A DNA stretch of 64,000 nt from Epiperipatus broadwayi (Eukaryota; Animalia; Onychophora), in assembly GCA_028023455.1 (NCBI GenBank), contig JAQFVV010000004.1:15252001-15316000 (forward strand), in the 5' to 3' direction. Below the pieces are notes generated by a model. That model did no database searches and had not been told where the DNA came from. It saw only the letters and a program-made list of their open reading frames with translations. This document shows, piece after piece, positions 40,184 to 53,800 of this stretch; position 1 is the stretch's first letter; every line of letters starts with the position of its first letter. The translations under genes were made by a program, and so were the position numbers.

Positions 40184-41327
40184 AATTAAAACTATCCTTA
40201 TATTAATACAACAATATGGTTCAACAACAAGATATTTGCTAAGTAATTATAATCATGTGACTTATAGTTACACTGGATTGTTGTATCAATATGTGACTAG
40301 TTTTAATTAATAATATATATATTGTATCCTTATGGTTTTCCTAGAGAATCATATATGTGTATAAGGTGGACATATTTTAAAAAAGTTAAGAGATTTTTTA
40401 TATATTATTTCTACTCCAACAAATTAATTTATAGATCAAATAATGAATAGTTTAAGAAGAAATTAAAATTTATATATAGAACTGTTGTTATAGACTATTT
40501 CTTTGTATAGATCTAAATAAAAAGTTTAATTTTTAAAAATATCAGTAAATTTTGTAATTTTATATGTGTTAAAACTTTAGATTTTGCATTCCTATTAATA
40601 TATAATTCATTCTTAGTTTAAAATATAATTACACACCAGATGTAGTTAATCTTAAAAAAAAGTAAAGTAAATAAGTTATATTAAACATTTTAAATAATTT
40701 TAATATTTTTATAGTATTTTATAATACAAATATTTAGTTATAATTTGATTAGACATTTCTAAATAACATTTTAAATCTTGCAAGAGTGTGCTTATATGTA
40801 TAATAGTTGTTTTGTCTGAAAGAAAAGTTTTAAAGAAATTGATTATAATTAAAGTTCATTGTTTAAAGGTGTTTGTATTTAAAACTATCTAAACTGTAAT
40901 ATTATTGTTAAAAAAAAAAAAACAATTATACTTTGAAATACTATATTTAAATTTTAAGAACTTCTTTTTAAAAAAAAATGTTTAATTTTTTTATCACTAT
41001 TGTAATATTTTAATTTATTAATAAATTGTATGTACAGTATTAAAATGTAACATTAATTTATTATGTCTAGAAATCCAAACACTTTTTAAAAAATCTATTA
41101 TCAAAGCATATGCTTTGATGACTAATTATGGCCATTAATTATCAATTAATAATGCCCCAAATCTGTCAATCATTGATCTTATTCAGATCACATGATTTAT
41201 CCTTTAAAAATAGCTTGTCACACATTAGTAATTAAGTAATTAACTGAGTGGCGTATTAATCTATTAATCAATTAGTTGATTGTATCTCTAAAACAATGAA
41301 AACTAAACTGTCTGTCTGGTCCTTCTC

Positions 41328-41502
41328 CAAATTGGCCCATTTGTCTCATTGTCAAATTGGCCCATTTGTCTCATTGTCAAATTGGCCCATTTGTCTCATT
41401 GTCAAATTGGCCCATTTGTCTCATTGTCAAATTGGCCCATTTGTCTCATTGTCAAATTGGCCCATTTGTCTCATTGTCAAATTGGCCCATTTGTCTCATT
41501 GT
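41328..41502. repeat. Perfect 25-bp minisatellite, 7 copies
   Basis: (caaattggcccatttgtctcattgt) x7 with no spacers. Confidence 0.97.
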
Positions 41503-42204
41503 AATATATCCATTAAATATTCACAATTATGAAATCCCAACAACTAACTATATCAGAGGAAGGAAACACAAAATTTGTAATATGGATTTGCTAAAGTCGT
41601 AAATACCACATATGTCAAATTTCATTATTTTGAATTCTTATCCTCTACCAATTAGTTGTTGTGCTAATGCTTTATTTATAAGGAACATTGTTGTGCTGAT
41701 ATTATTGATATAATAATAATGCTTGATTCCAGGAGTAACTTATTAAGCTTTTATCTTAAAACCAATTATAAACTTTATACTGACCTGCTGTTAATATAGC
41801 TCTTATATTCATCATCATACTAAATTTTGATAATAATAATAATAATAATAATAAATTTAACTACTGATATATGTTGACTGGAATAATATTTAGAAGAAGA
41901 TAAAATAGCTGTAAAGTCTAATGGATATCTAAAATATATTTACCATATCTTTACGAACTATTTTGACAGTAATATACTTTTATAATTCATACTTCTATCC
42001 AATATTGGAACAACATTGTACCAGTTCATAAAAAAAAAAAAAAATGTTACTTAAATGTTTATATAATTGAAAAATGAAATTTACAGCATTCTAAGAAATT
42101 GTGTTTTGTTTTCAAGAATAATGTAAAAAATTAACCTTTTGTTTTTGCATTGACTTTAAAATAAAATATATTTGCTGAAGTGTTCTCTGTTGTGATGGAA
42201 AATT

Positions 42205-42560
42205 TTCATTTGACTCACAAAGCGTATGCACAATTAGCTTAAAAGGCTGATATTTGAATGGCTATATAAAATAAATGCTTATTTACATATGAATAAGTTT
42301 CAGTTGGAATGACGTTTAGTAAATTCTAGACAATTTCACCTACGTCATTCATTCAGACATCGTATATAGTAATTTAAAGTGACTGTTCCATCCTCACGCT
42401 TTCCTTGCCAGTACTTCAGATTTGCTCATATATAAGCATTTGAGTCGTAGGAATAAGAGGATTCCTTTTATTCCTGCATAAATACTATATCTTGTATTGG
42501 TGAGAAAGTATTCATTTATTATTAGCACTCGCAAAGCGTATGCACAATTAGCCTTGAATT
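42205..42560 (-). mobile_element. Family B diverged copy, slightly more than one unit
   Basis: Reverse complement aligns with 7630-7950. Terminal direct repeat caaagcgtatgcacaattagc occurs at both ends. Confidence 0.7.
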
Positions 42561-45014
42561 GCCTTGTAGTATAAAAGAAATAATATGCTATATAAACTTC
42601 ATATTGTATTGGATTGTGTCAATACTCTATTCATTGCATCTGTTATTGAAGAATTGTTTATTAATTTTTGATCATGAAACATTAAGGCTATTTCTTCATA
42701 AACTATTTTGGATTATCATGAAATTATGCTTTCAATTGAAATGCTATGAAGTGTGCTTTAAAATAAGTAATTTGAGGACTCATAAACTGTCTATAAGTAG
42801 TAAAAGAAAAGTCAAATTTTTTTTAGTAATAAATTTACCTAAGTTTTTCTTTATGCATATAATCTTTTCTGTTAACAATTTGCTTATAATTGATATGTAT
42901 TATGAGTGGGTATTGAAGTTCTCAAACTATAGCTGTAGTATTGTACCAATAAAGGTAATATGAATATTTAGTATGGAATTGTTTAAAGAGTGATATGAAT
43001 GATTGGTTGTACACTTGGAGATGGTGTATGATTTTTTTTATAAAGTGTTAATTTTTAATTATTGTGCCTAATTATTTTATTGTGAATACAATGTGTTTTA
43101 TTGATCTTTCATATCAGATGATGATGATGATGATGATGATGATTATTATTATTATTATGATGATGATGATGATGATGTGATAAATAATAGATTTATAAAA
43201 TTATTTTCATATGTTATATTAAAATATGTCTTTATAGTCTAGTCTCTCTTAGATGACATTAATATTGTATTGGGCAATTTTTATCATGGTTTATTCTTGA
43301 CAAGTTTTTAGGGATTAATGACATGATACTAATGATACACTTGCATTTGTAGATAAGTGTGTACTTTTGATTATCCCATCATTTTGCCTATCTTATATAT
43401 TGGTGTTAGGAATGAAATGTTGAAGGCATATCTATATCTTGATTTGCTCTGGATCTCATTAGAGAATTTTGAAAATGATAATGGCGTTAATATGGTTTAA
43501 CATGAATATTTGATGTGTGAAGACTATGATAAAACATTCTTTGTCTAAATATAAATAGTATTTTTGTATAGGCTTAGAGAATTATATATTCTCCCCTAAC
43601 TTAATGTTGTTCTGTCATTGGCAACATTATTTGTCAAATACACTGATGAATATTTCTTATACTAATGTTACATTTAGAAAGATAGCTAGATTTTAAATAT
43701 AAGAGAGAACTTTGCTTAATCATAAGTAATCAAGATTTTATTTTTATGTTTTTGAATTAGTTCTTGAAAATTGTTATAATTATTTTTTAATTACATTAAT
43801 GTATAAAGTATTTATACTTACTAGATTTTATATTATTAATAAAATCTTTATTTTTTTCTTAATTTGAGTTTGTCTTCATTACCATCATCTGCATAAACAA
43901 GAAATTCAAATCATAAAAGTATAATAATAATTGAGTTATAAGAGTATATAGTGTAGAAAAGTCATGTAATTAAATTCATGCAGTGTGGTGTCAGAATTAT
44001 AATAGTTAAGATTATTTTGATAGTACTATTTTAATTTTAATTATAAGAAAACTTAATTTGATCTATAAATATGAACAAAATATTCTTTTTTACTTGTAGT
44101 ATTACATGCTTTATCACATGTCATTGAGATTAATAAATTTGTGAAGAACTCTGAGATTAAGAAATTTATAATTTGTTATTAAAGTTATTTATAAAAACAA
44201 AAATTACAAATAATAAAACTAAATTGGTTATGCTAATTTTTATTTTTTTAAAATAGTTTGATGAGTAACATTTACATTGTTTAAAAGATTAATGTAATCC
44301 ATAAATATGTAAAGAATAAGAGTAATTAAATAGAAGAGTCTCATTATCAAATTATAGCTTGATCTATTTATTTATAGTTTGTATCTAAATAATTTCAGAA
44401 GAATAAATAATATCTTATATATAATGATGGACAATGATATGATTTGAACCTAATATATAAATTAATTTAAATTTATTATAAAATGATAATCAGATTTTAT
44501 CAATGAATGTGATAGTCACATTATGCAACACTATTATTATTAAGATATAGAAGACGTCATCAGTTGCCAGTATCACAATGATAGAGTTTGAATTTACATG
44601 GAGGCAAAGTCCAGCTTTTTTGTGGTTCATAGCCTTTAATTTGTGCTAGATGGCTTGCTTGCCTGAAGTTTATCAAATTATAGAGACTGAATACAGCTGA
44701 ATGAATGTCAACAGTTACCTGATTTATATATTTTCCAAAAATGTCAATAGGCCAGTGTAGCGTTTTAGAATAAGCCAGCTTACTGAGAGATTTCAATACT
44801 AATCAGCTTATTGAAAAAAGTATTGTGCTATAGTTTATATGTAATTTTATCAGTATGCAAAGGAGCACATATAATTACTGCCAGTCATATAAAGATTGTT
44901 CATGCTGATATTTATTTTTCATGCTGATATTTATTTCATGAAGGATGATATCAAGCACTGACAGAAGAAGTTACCTGGGTTTAAAGATAAGCAATTTTTG
45001 ATTAGATTATTTAA

Positions 45015-45050
45015 CTGAAGAGACCCATAGGTCGAAACTGGTCTGGGGAT
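45015..45050 (+). ncRNA. Orphan canonical type I hammerhead core
   Basis: CTGAAGA-GACC-cata-GGTC-GAAA-CTGG-TC|tgggga. Core and stem II are perfect; stem I pairs poorly with the upstream sequence. Confidence 0.6.
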
Positions 45051-47306
45051 GGGGACCATTTAAAATAAAAATGATTTGAATGCCTTCTCTTGTAGTAGCA
45101 TTTATCATTAAAAAAAAAAAAAAGCTTGTTTAGAGCTATTAGCACGCTCTTAATTTTACATATTTGTAAGTGCAAGCTATATATAAGTCATGTGACATCT
45201 GACTTGTTACTATTACTATTAACTAAAAAAAGAAAATAATAAATGTTTCCATTTTATTTTATTAAAAAAGTAGATTCAAAAATCTTATTGGAAATGAAGA
45301 AAACAAAAAGCCAATAGTTTTTTACAAACTGAATCTAATGATAATGTTGTTTTTTTTTTAAAAAAAAATCACCATTAAAAATAATGGATTAATTAATAAC
45401 TAATTTGTTAGAAGATAATAATAATACACCCTTATGTGTGCATTGGTTTTCAGTATATATTTTCTTATACATTGAATTAATTATGTCTTATGAAAATATA
45501 ATATGGTTTAATAAGTTTATTTTTAACTAATGAAATATCAATGTGTACACACATTTCAGACTTCCCATATATATATATATGAAAACAGTCATTATTTATG
45601 TATTATTAAAATGTGATTATTTTTTTATTATTATATGACAATTTAAAATGTTACAGCACATCTGTGTGCTTATATAGCTGCATGTCATGTAGACACATAC
45701 ATGTTAAAATTCATCATTTATGTATTATTAAGAATTGATTTTCTTTATTAGTTTATGATAATTCTGAAATATTAATTTTCTTTTATTATACAGCGTCTGT
45801 GTGTTTAGTAAGTAACAATGTAATAGCATATTTTTTGATATTCTAATCAAAATCAGACTGCTGAATTCATATTTGTAGCATACTTAGAAGACCTTCATTT
45901 CATTTTATTATTTTTAATTAATGAATTTATATTTTATTAAGTTATTCCAGTGAATTTATTTAATCCTAAAATAGATTTAAAATTTTATATGCTCATATTA
46001 TCTCTTGTTCACAGTAACTGTTATAGAGCTCTTGCTTCCTGAGCTGCATTCATGCATAATGATTAATTATAGGAATTGATGAGTTATATTTGGTGTTTTG
46101 GACATCCAGATGATTCGATTACTTCTCTATAATGCTGGATGGCGCAAAGATATATCTTTTAAAGTCCATGCACTAAATTTTATTTTATCTTTAATTAGAA
46201 ATTAAATTTAAAGTTGGCCAGTACATTAATGGTACTAAGTGGCCAGGGCATTGATGATGATCATCATGTTTCAGTATGTCAGCATCATTTCATTTTTTAT
46301 ATTCTCTTGAATTAACACCTGAATCTGTGCATCCAAATTATTGTATTGTATTGCTGCCCTAAGTTTGGCAGTGGGAAAATAATTAGCTAGGTCTATAGTA
46401 GACCCATTTCAAATCCAGTCACAAGATTGACTGTTGATTTTATATTTTGAGTTTTCATGATAATGAATGATTTCTTGTTCTCTGTAATGCTGGTGAACTT
46501 ATGGTTAATCTTAATTTTTGATGATCTCCCATGTTTATTCTTCATTATATTCATTGTATATTTAAATCTGATGTATTAAGTGAGATTGATGATGATGGGT
46601 GCTATCACCCCTGCTTCACCCCCTTCTTTATACTTTTAGAACCAAAATGCATCATTGATGTCTAGTATTGAGAAATGTCACCAGAGTGAGAATTTATAAT
46701 TTGGGAGCAATAATTTGAAAATTTTGGAATAATATACATTTTATGACAATTTGTGATTATAATATTTTGTAGAAAATTAACTATTCCATTGGAATATGTG
46801 GAATGTAGTTACTATAAAGAAAATATTAAAATTAATTTTAAAGACAGGATTTAGAGATTTTCTGATGGCTCAAGTTATTGAAGTAGATGAGAATATCTGC
46901 TTAAATAGCATTCTTAGTACCATGTCTGCTGTGTTTATTAATGAATCAAAAAAGAATAATGATACACTATTTAATATTAAGAAAACCTATAAATACCAAT
47001 ATTGTGATGTTATTAGAATATTTTTAGCAAAAAAGTTGCAATAACTCGGGAATTAGTTATAAATAAAGCTTACAGTATTTTACCTTGTAAATAAATAATT
47101 TAATGATTAATTGTATATTAAGTCATATGACAGGTTGTGCTTGGTTCAAGAAACTTTTGCTTTTATGTTTGTCACTCTTTCCATGCAGTAAACAGGGTAT
47201 TTTAGGCTGTGTAATTTATAAAGAAACGACTACTGTCAGATGTCAAAAGTAATTAATAATTAGCGAAGAAAATTTGACCACATTTATATGTAATAATAAA
47301 ACAAAT

Positions 47307-47472
47307 GATAGATAAATAGATAGATAGATAGGTAGGTAGGTAGGGAGGGAGGTGGGTAGGTAAGTAGGTAGGGTAGGAGGGAGGGAGGGAGGTAAGGAGG
47401 GAGAGAGGTAGGTAGGTAGGTAGGCAGGCAGGCAGGTAGGTGGGCAGGCAGGTAGGTAGGGAGGGAGGTTGG
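47307..47472. repeat. Compound purine-rich microsatellite (GATA/GGTA/GGGA/GGCA)n
   Basis: Read directly from the sequence. Confidence 0.95.
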
Positions 47473-48775
47473 CCAGCCAGTCAGTTGGTCAAAAGAATAC
47501 TTATTTAAACATAAAGTTTGCAATTAGTATTTCAACTAGGGACTATCTTTTTTAGGAACTAGACAAATTGGTAAAGAATCCTCAAGGTATCAAAAATTAT
47601 TTTAAAGTATAAGAATGTAAAAAGTTGGGACAATTTTGATTGTTTAGCAAGAAATATATTAGAGCTTAATTTATTATATGTTTGCTAGTTGTATTAAAAT
47701 AGTCAAATTTGTTTTATTTAAAACATTTTATGTTTAATATAAAATTATGAAAAAGATTGTTTACAAATACAATGAACCCTCGTGTCTGCATACTTTATGT
47801 TTTCACACAATTATTATTGAAGCTTCAAAGTCTAGAAGTTTTTATAATAAATTACTACACAGTTCATACCCAAAAAATTGCATGAAAGGCTTAAAAATAT
47901 TATTATTGCATTATAATTGTTTTTTGACTATGTGAAAGTGGCAATAGAAAATTTAATTATAGGCTTTTATATGATTAACGACAGCAGATGTTCAAACTTA
48001 TTTTACTCATGCACCCCTATCCCAACAAGTATAGTTCATCCAGAAAACCTAATATCTATTTAATATTAAATCATTTCTGTTTTTTATTATTCTTTTACAA
48101 TGCTTTTATTACAACCCATTATGACAGTTTTGATTGTGCCAGCAATCTTCTTCAGAACTATAGTAAACACAATACAAATACATGAATACAAATATACATA
48201 AGCATATAATTTTAATTCTATATATACACACTCACATAACTACTATCCCATAATCATTATTTACATATCCACATACATTTTTATATACCTCTCTATATAA
48301 TTATTACCTTTTTATATATTATACATTTGACTCTTTTCATATTCTATATTTTATTATTTTCATATTCTATATTTACTCTTTTCATAGTCTATATGCTACT
48401 CTTTTCATAGTCTATATTTTACTCTTTTCATATTCTATATTTATCAATTAATACTTCCTATAATCATATATATATATTATTTTTATTTTATTTAAATTTA
48501 CTCGTATTAGTCTTTTAATATTTAACTCTAACATTATATATTAATACTTTAATTATTATATTATTATTAAATTAACATCCAATATATATAATTTTCTTCT
48601 ACCTATAATATTATTCTTTAACTTATTTTTTATATCTACCTTCTATTCATATCTCTAAACCTTAACTGCTAAATAATAATTTCTGAAGTATAATTGTAAA
48701 GTTTAAAGTTTGAATTTAGCAGTTAAGGTTTGGAAATATGAGTAGAAGGTAGGTATAAAAAATAAGTTAAAGAAT

Positions 48776-48995
48776 AGTGCTCTCAGATCTAAGGCCTCAC
48801 TGATGAAGGCCACAAGCCAGAAACTAGTTTGGGAATATTGGATGAGTACGCACTAGATAGGGATTTTATGTGCAAGCCTTCTGACATCCATTGATTACTG
48901 TCTTGCTTTGAGTGGCACTACTGTATGGAGAGAGTTTTGCCTATTTTAGCAACAGTTATGAGCAAGCATGGGAGATAGTGATCATGTGATGTTTA
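48776..48995 (+). mobile_element. Family A partial copy with HHR core (GTT triplet)
   Basis: CTGATGA at 48800-48806, then AGGC-cacaa-GCCA-GAAACTAGTT, followed by the family's 3' part. Confidence 0.85.
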
Positions 48996-48999
48996 AAGG

Positions 49000-49400
49000 T
49001 CAAATATGCTTTTATGTTGTTATTAGTTTGGTACAAATCATTTTTGTGGCTTTTAACCTATCATTGCTTTAGAACTGTTACTTGTTATTGTAGCCAGCCT
49101 ATCCAGAGGAAGTTGAAATTTTGAAAGTACTACATATTTTATCAAAAATATCTTTACTGGCAGTCTTTGTAAGAATGAGATCATCTTCATGTTTTCATCA
49201 CAACCACAAAAGAAATCAGCAACTTGTGCAATATCTTGTATATCTGTATTTTCATTAATAGCAATTGAGAAACACAAGACTTTTGCAAATACTTCTTTCA
49301 ATTGATCATTTACCATCTCATTTTATCTGATATAGTATTTTTTGACAAAGATATATCTCTGAGTAATTGCACTTGGGGGGGGGGTGAATTCAACAGCTTA
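49000..49400 (-). mobile_element. hAT (GTF2IRD2/Charlie-like) transposase remnant
   Basis: FSIAINENTDIQDIAQVA..CDEN..LPLDRLATITSNSSKAMIG, compared with the family motif FSLALDESTD..TAQL..TTDGAPAM.G. Confidence 0.75.
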
Positions 49401-50379
49401 TATAATATATTTTTTGATTAATGAGACTTCTGAATATGGTTTTGAGTGTTTTTCTAATAAAGAGCTAACTTAATAACTAGCTCTTGTTAACAATTCATTG
49501 CTTTTCATAAATTTTGTTGATGGTTTTTAAGGTAGTTTTTCAAATTTTTAACTTTTTCTACTCTTCATTTATCTTCAAAACATGAGTACTAGCTTTTGTT
49601 GTTGTTGTAATTTGTATCAATATGCCATTTAATATATATATTTTTAGCCACATTAAATGTTTTATTACATATCATACCCATACTTTTTTTTTCCATTTCT
49701 ATACAGAAGTAGTTCAATTTCCATATTTTTTGAAATTTTTTCCTCTTCATCAATCTTTTATTTTTCTTGTTGATTTTGAAAATGTTGGCAATAAAATGTA
49801 TATAAATTTTAATAGTTATTTAACAATGAAACTTTAATTTTTTACATTTTGCCACAAAAAATTTTATATCCAATAATAAAAATTATCATGAATTGTAATC
49901 ACTGTACTAAAACTGGATTCCAAGAGATTGTAAAAGACCCAGAAAGAGTCCACATGTTAGATGGATGGATGAAATAAGAAAGTGTGCAGGGGTGATGTGG
50001 AGAAGAGAATCTAAAGATCAGAGAAGATGGATTGAACTTGGAGAGACCTTCATCTTGCAGTGGATTGATAATGGTTGATGATGATGATGACTAATACTGA
50101 CAGAAAGAGTGATTTCAATGTTCTGCTTATATTAATATTAGTTGGAATCATTGCATCTACTGAAAACACAGTCAACATGTTTCTTTTTTATGAAAATGTA
50201 TTATTGTTGCAATTATATTTTCAATATATACAAATTAAATTTTTCAAATAAATTTTTATTCTATAAATCATTGCAGGTCATCATTCTGACACCTGTGATA
50301 TACAGTATCAAAGTATTGTTGTGCTATGTTCGTAGTTTTTTCTACTGAATGTATATCTTCAATACTACCATCTCTTAAA

Positions 50380-50760
50380 AAAGGGCACTGTAATCACAAA
50401 TTAAATTGAGGTAAGAAGTTACCAAAAGAAATGAAATGTAAAAGAAATGTAGATGTTGTTTATCCTTTATGAATATTTGAGTCTTTTATCAGGACTTATG
50501 TAAAGAACATGAGGAATTGGAAGCAATGAATAGAACAATCTTTTGCCATTCAAAACATGAAGAAGAGAATATTATGAAACTAATGAATGATGGTTATCTG
50601 TCTGAATTGATGGTTTTATCAATATTTTTCAGTCTATCTTATTCGTGTCAAAGCATTGTCTGTGTAACATTATATTCACAAAGATGTATCAAAAGTTGGA
50701 TGCTTTTCTGTATTTAACGATTGGTTTTATCACTTTTATTTAAGAAGAAAATGCAAGTGC
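50380..50760 (+). mobile_element. Possible hAT transposase remnant
   Basis: Weak similarity only: LCKEHEELEAMNRTIFCHSK vs LC.EMG.EH..LL.H..VRW. Confidence 0.35.
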
Positions 50761-52574
50761 TAATGGCAATAAAATTAAAACTCTCCTGAGAATTAAAACT
50801 TTTGATTTAAGAAAATTGTTACACTTCCAATTTTAAATGTCTATAAGAAACATGTGATATTCCATACTTACATTTCATAAAAAGGAAAAAAAATATTTTT
50901 TTTGCCATTAACAAATGATGAGTTTCCAGAACTAGATCAAATGTTAATGGAATTGTGCATCAAATTACCATAGGGCCAACCATTAAAAGAATGTGCGAAT
51001 TTATTAATAGTCAAAATACTAGTAGTTTTGTTAAAGAAATGACATTTTTTGAATGAATTTTAAGTTTGATTGCGAAATAAAAAACATGTTTATATGTTTC
51101 CAATAATTATTATTTAAAAAAATATGAGTAAAGAGCTTGATAATTCTTATTGATTTTTTATCAAGATTTTGAATCTCACCCAGATCCTTCTTATTAGGTC
51201 TTGATTTACGCGTGTGTTGAGTTGGTAATATACAATTTGCAGCGACTAATTTTTATATCTTGGGTTTATTTATAATTTATTTTTTAAACAACTACAAAAT
51301 TCTTACTTTTATACTTAAGAACCAAGTTAATAGATTTATCACAATTTGCACCTGTAGATAAATTGAAATTGATTTCCTCAGGGTTGCTAAAAAGGTGTGA
51401 TAAGAGATCAACTTAAGCATTTAAAATTACTAAAGGAAAGAAAGGAAGAAACAAAAAAATTGATTTTTCAATTATTATTATAAAATTGAGACTCATTTGA
51501 TTCATGTATATACTCATACGTATATATTTTGATACTACAAACTCATCTTGTGTGAGAATCATTCAAAATCGTAAAGAATTCAGTGAGGTTTAAAATAATT
51601 AAATAACTTTATATTAAATAATTAAAAAAATGAACATTTACATAAAATAATTGGGAATCTAGAATTAAACAAAATATTACCCTATCTATTGCTGATGATG
51701 AGTCAAATATATTGAATTTTAAAATGAATAAGATGTTTTTTAAAGATAATAATTCTGTAAATAATAAATATTCAAATCATTATATGTAAAGCGTATAATA
51801 TTTAATATATACAGTTATTGCATTTGAAATCCAAGGGGATTCTGAATATACATGTTTTGTTTTGTTTTTTTATATATATAATTTCTTAATCTGGGAATAA
51901 ATATGTTTTAGGTCTAAATTTTATATCATTGTATAGATTGAAAAAGACAAATCTATAGTTAAGAAAATTAAATATATAAAATCCTAGAATTTAGAAGTGA
52001 ATATAAAAATATTAGCTTGTATTTTTAAAAAGAATCGGAAAAGATATTTTGAAAAGTTTGCTTTATGTACTATTAAATGAAAAAGAAAATTAGATATCAG
52101 CTAAAAAAAATTGAGTATACTTAATTCAGGTTTTATAATTAAGATTTGTTGAAAATCTGTTTTTAAATGGACTCTAAGAAAACAGCCTATAATTAACTTT
52201 ATAGGAATTGTTCACAAATAAAAGCAAAGGTTTGAGGAACAGGATAAATTTTGCATTGTGAGGCATCAATGAAATCATATAAGGAATTAGGATTGATATA
52301 TTTCATTCACAAATTCGTTGACAGATTGATTCAAGATTTATTTGCACACTCATTCTTTCATATTCTTAGAGAGTGCAGAAACTATATAAGTAATCATCAT
52401 TAAGTGTAAAGCTGAAAATTGAAAAGAAGAAAAATAGATAAAAGTTACGACAATTTATTATTGCCTGGTAACAATTACCTTTATAAAAAAAGTTACATGG
52501 CTACTTTATAATTATCTCTAACTATTGGAAATAAGTGCCCTCAAGTGGTGACATGGGGCAAAATTGGAAAATAC

Positions 52575-52575
52575 C

Positions 52576-52611
<36 letters not shown>

Positions 52612-53800
52612 TTATTTACCATACAAAACCATAGCATTAAGCCACTTACAGAAATGCACCATAACAAATATACAATAATATACATTAACAAGTATAAATG
52701 ATTAAATTATTAATATGATTATATGCCATATTTCTTTATAAGATAAGTGACAATTTTTTTAAAATCTAAAGTAAAAATATTTTCATTAGTAAAATCATGA
52801 TTATAGGTGTTAAAAATGTATGTGCTTTATATAAATAATTATTAATAGTAATATTTGAAATTTTGTTAGTTAATATAATTTTCTGATTGACAAGGTTATA
52901 TAAAATTTTAAGATCTTTCTTTTTTTCCCTCTAATGGATAGGGATAGATAATGGTCATTTAGCTTAATATACTAGGAAAATTTATCATAAACCAATTGAA
53001 TTTTTATTATATCTCATTTGGAACTAGGAATCCAAACAACAGATCCATATTCTAAAATAGATAAATCAAAAAGAGAAATAATTTATATTTTGTAGAACTA
53101 GTAAATTGTCTACCATGCCTTAAAATTGCATCCATAATTTTAAAAGCTTTATTAACTATATTTTCAGTATGATGATAAAATGAGCCATTGCTTGCAAAAA
53201 TAATACCAAGATCTTTCTGAATATCAACAAATGTTAAATTATGATTGTCAATATAATAAGGACAAATTATCATTTGAGATTTGAATAAAAACCTGTTGAA
53301 CATTTATCCATATTAATATCCATTTTAGTATCTCTACACCATTTTGTACACAATCATTAATTGTGTTGAGATTCCTAAAAATTTTACAATCATCTGCATA
53401 GTATAAAATTTATGAAAATTCCAAACTCTCTCCCAATGTAATGACGCAAGGATCTGCCCTGAGGTACTCCTATATTACAATAATATGGATTAGAAGAATT
53501 ATTATTAAATTTTACATAAGCCGTTCTTTTCCTAATAAAAGATTCAAACCATATAACCAAATTGTAGGAAAAACCTAATTTGTACATTTTGTAAAGCAAT
53601 TTGAAATGATCCACTTTATCAAATGCTTTAGATAAATCAAAATAAATAACATCTAAATGACATTGAACAGATGCTATAAATTTACCCAAAAGATTAGTGT
53701 TCAATTTGGATATAAAATTAATCTAATCATTTATAGATCTTTAATCCATGATGCCAGTAATTCTGATTATATATCTGATAAAGCACATACTTAAACATTC
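52575..53800 (-). mobile_element. CR1/L2/Jockey-like LINE 3' half, decayed
   Basis: DVIYFDLSKAFDKVDH..LL.K..GVPQG (53390-53704) and KDLGIIF..HTENIVNKA (53052-53303). On the minus strand it ends in AATAAA followed by (ATT)n at ~52577-52620. Confidence 0.85.

Noticed and set aside
41296-41602. ORFs with repeated peptides, and a possible CRISPR array
   Set aside because: They are translations of the 25-bp tandem repeat. The repeats are contiguous with no spacers, and there are no cas genes.
47284-47523. Proline/threonine-rich ORF
   Set aside because: It is a translation of the microsatellite.
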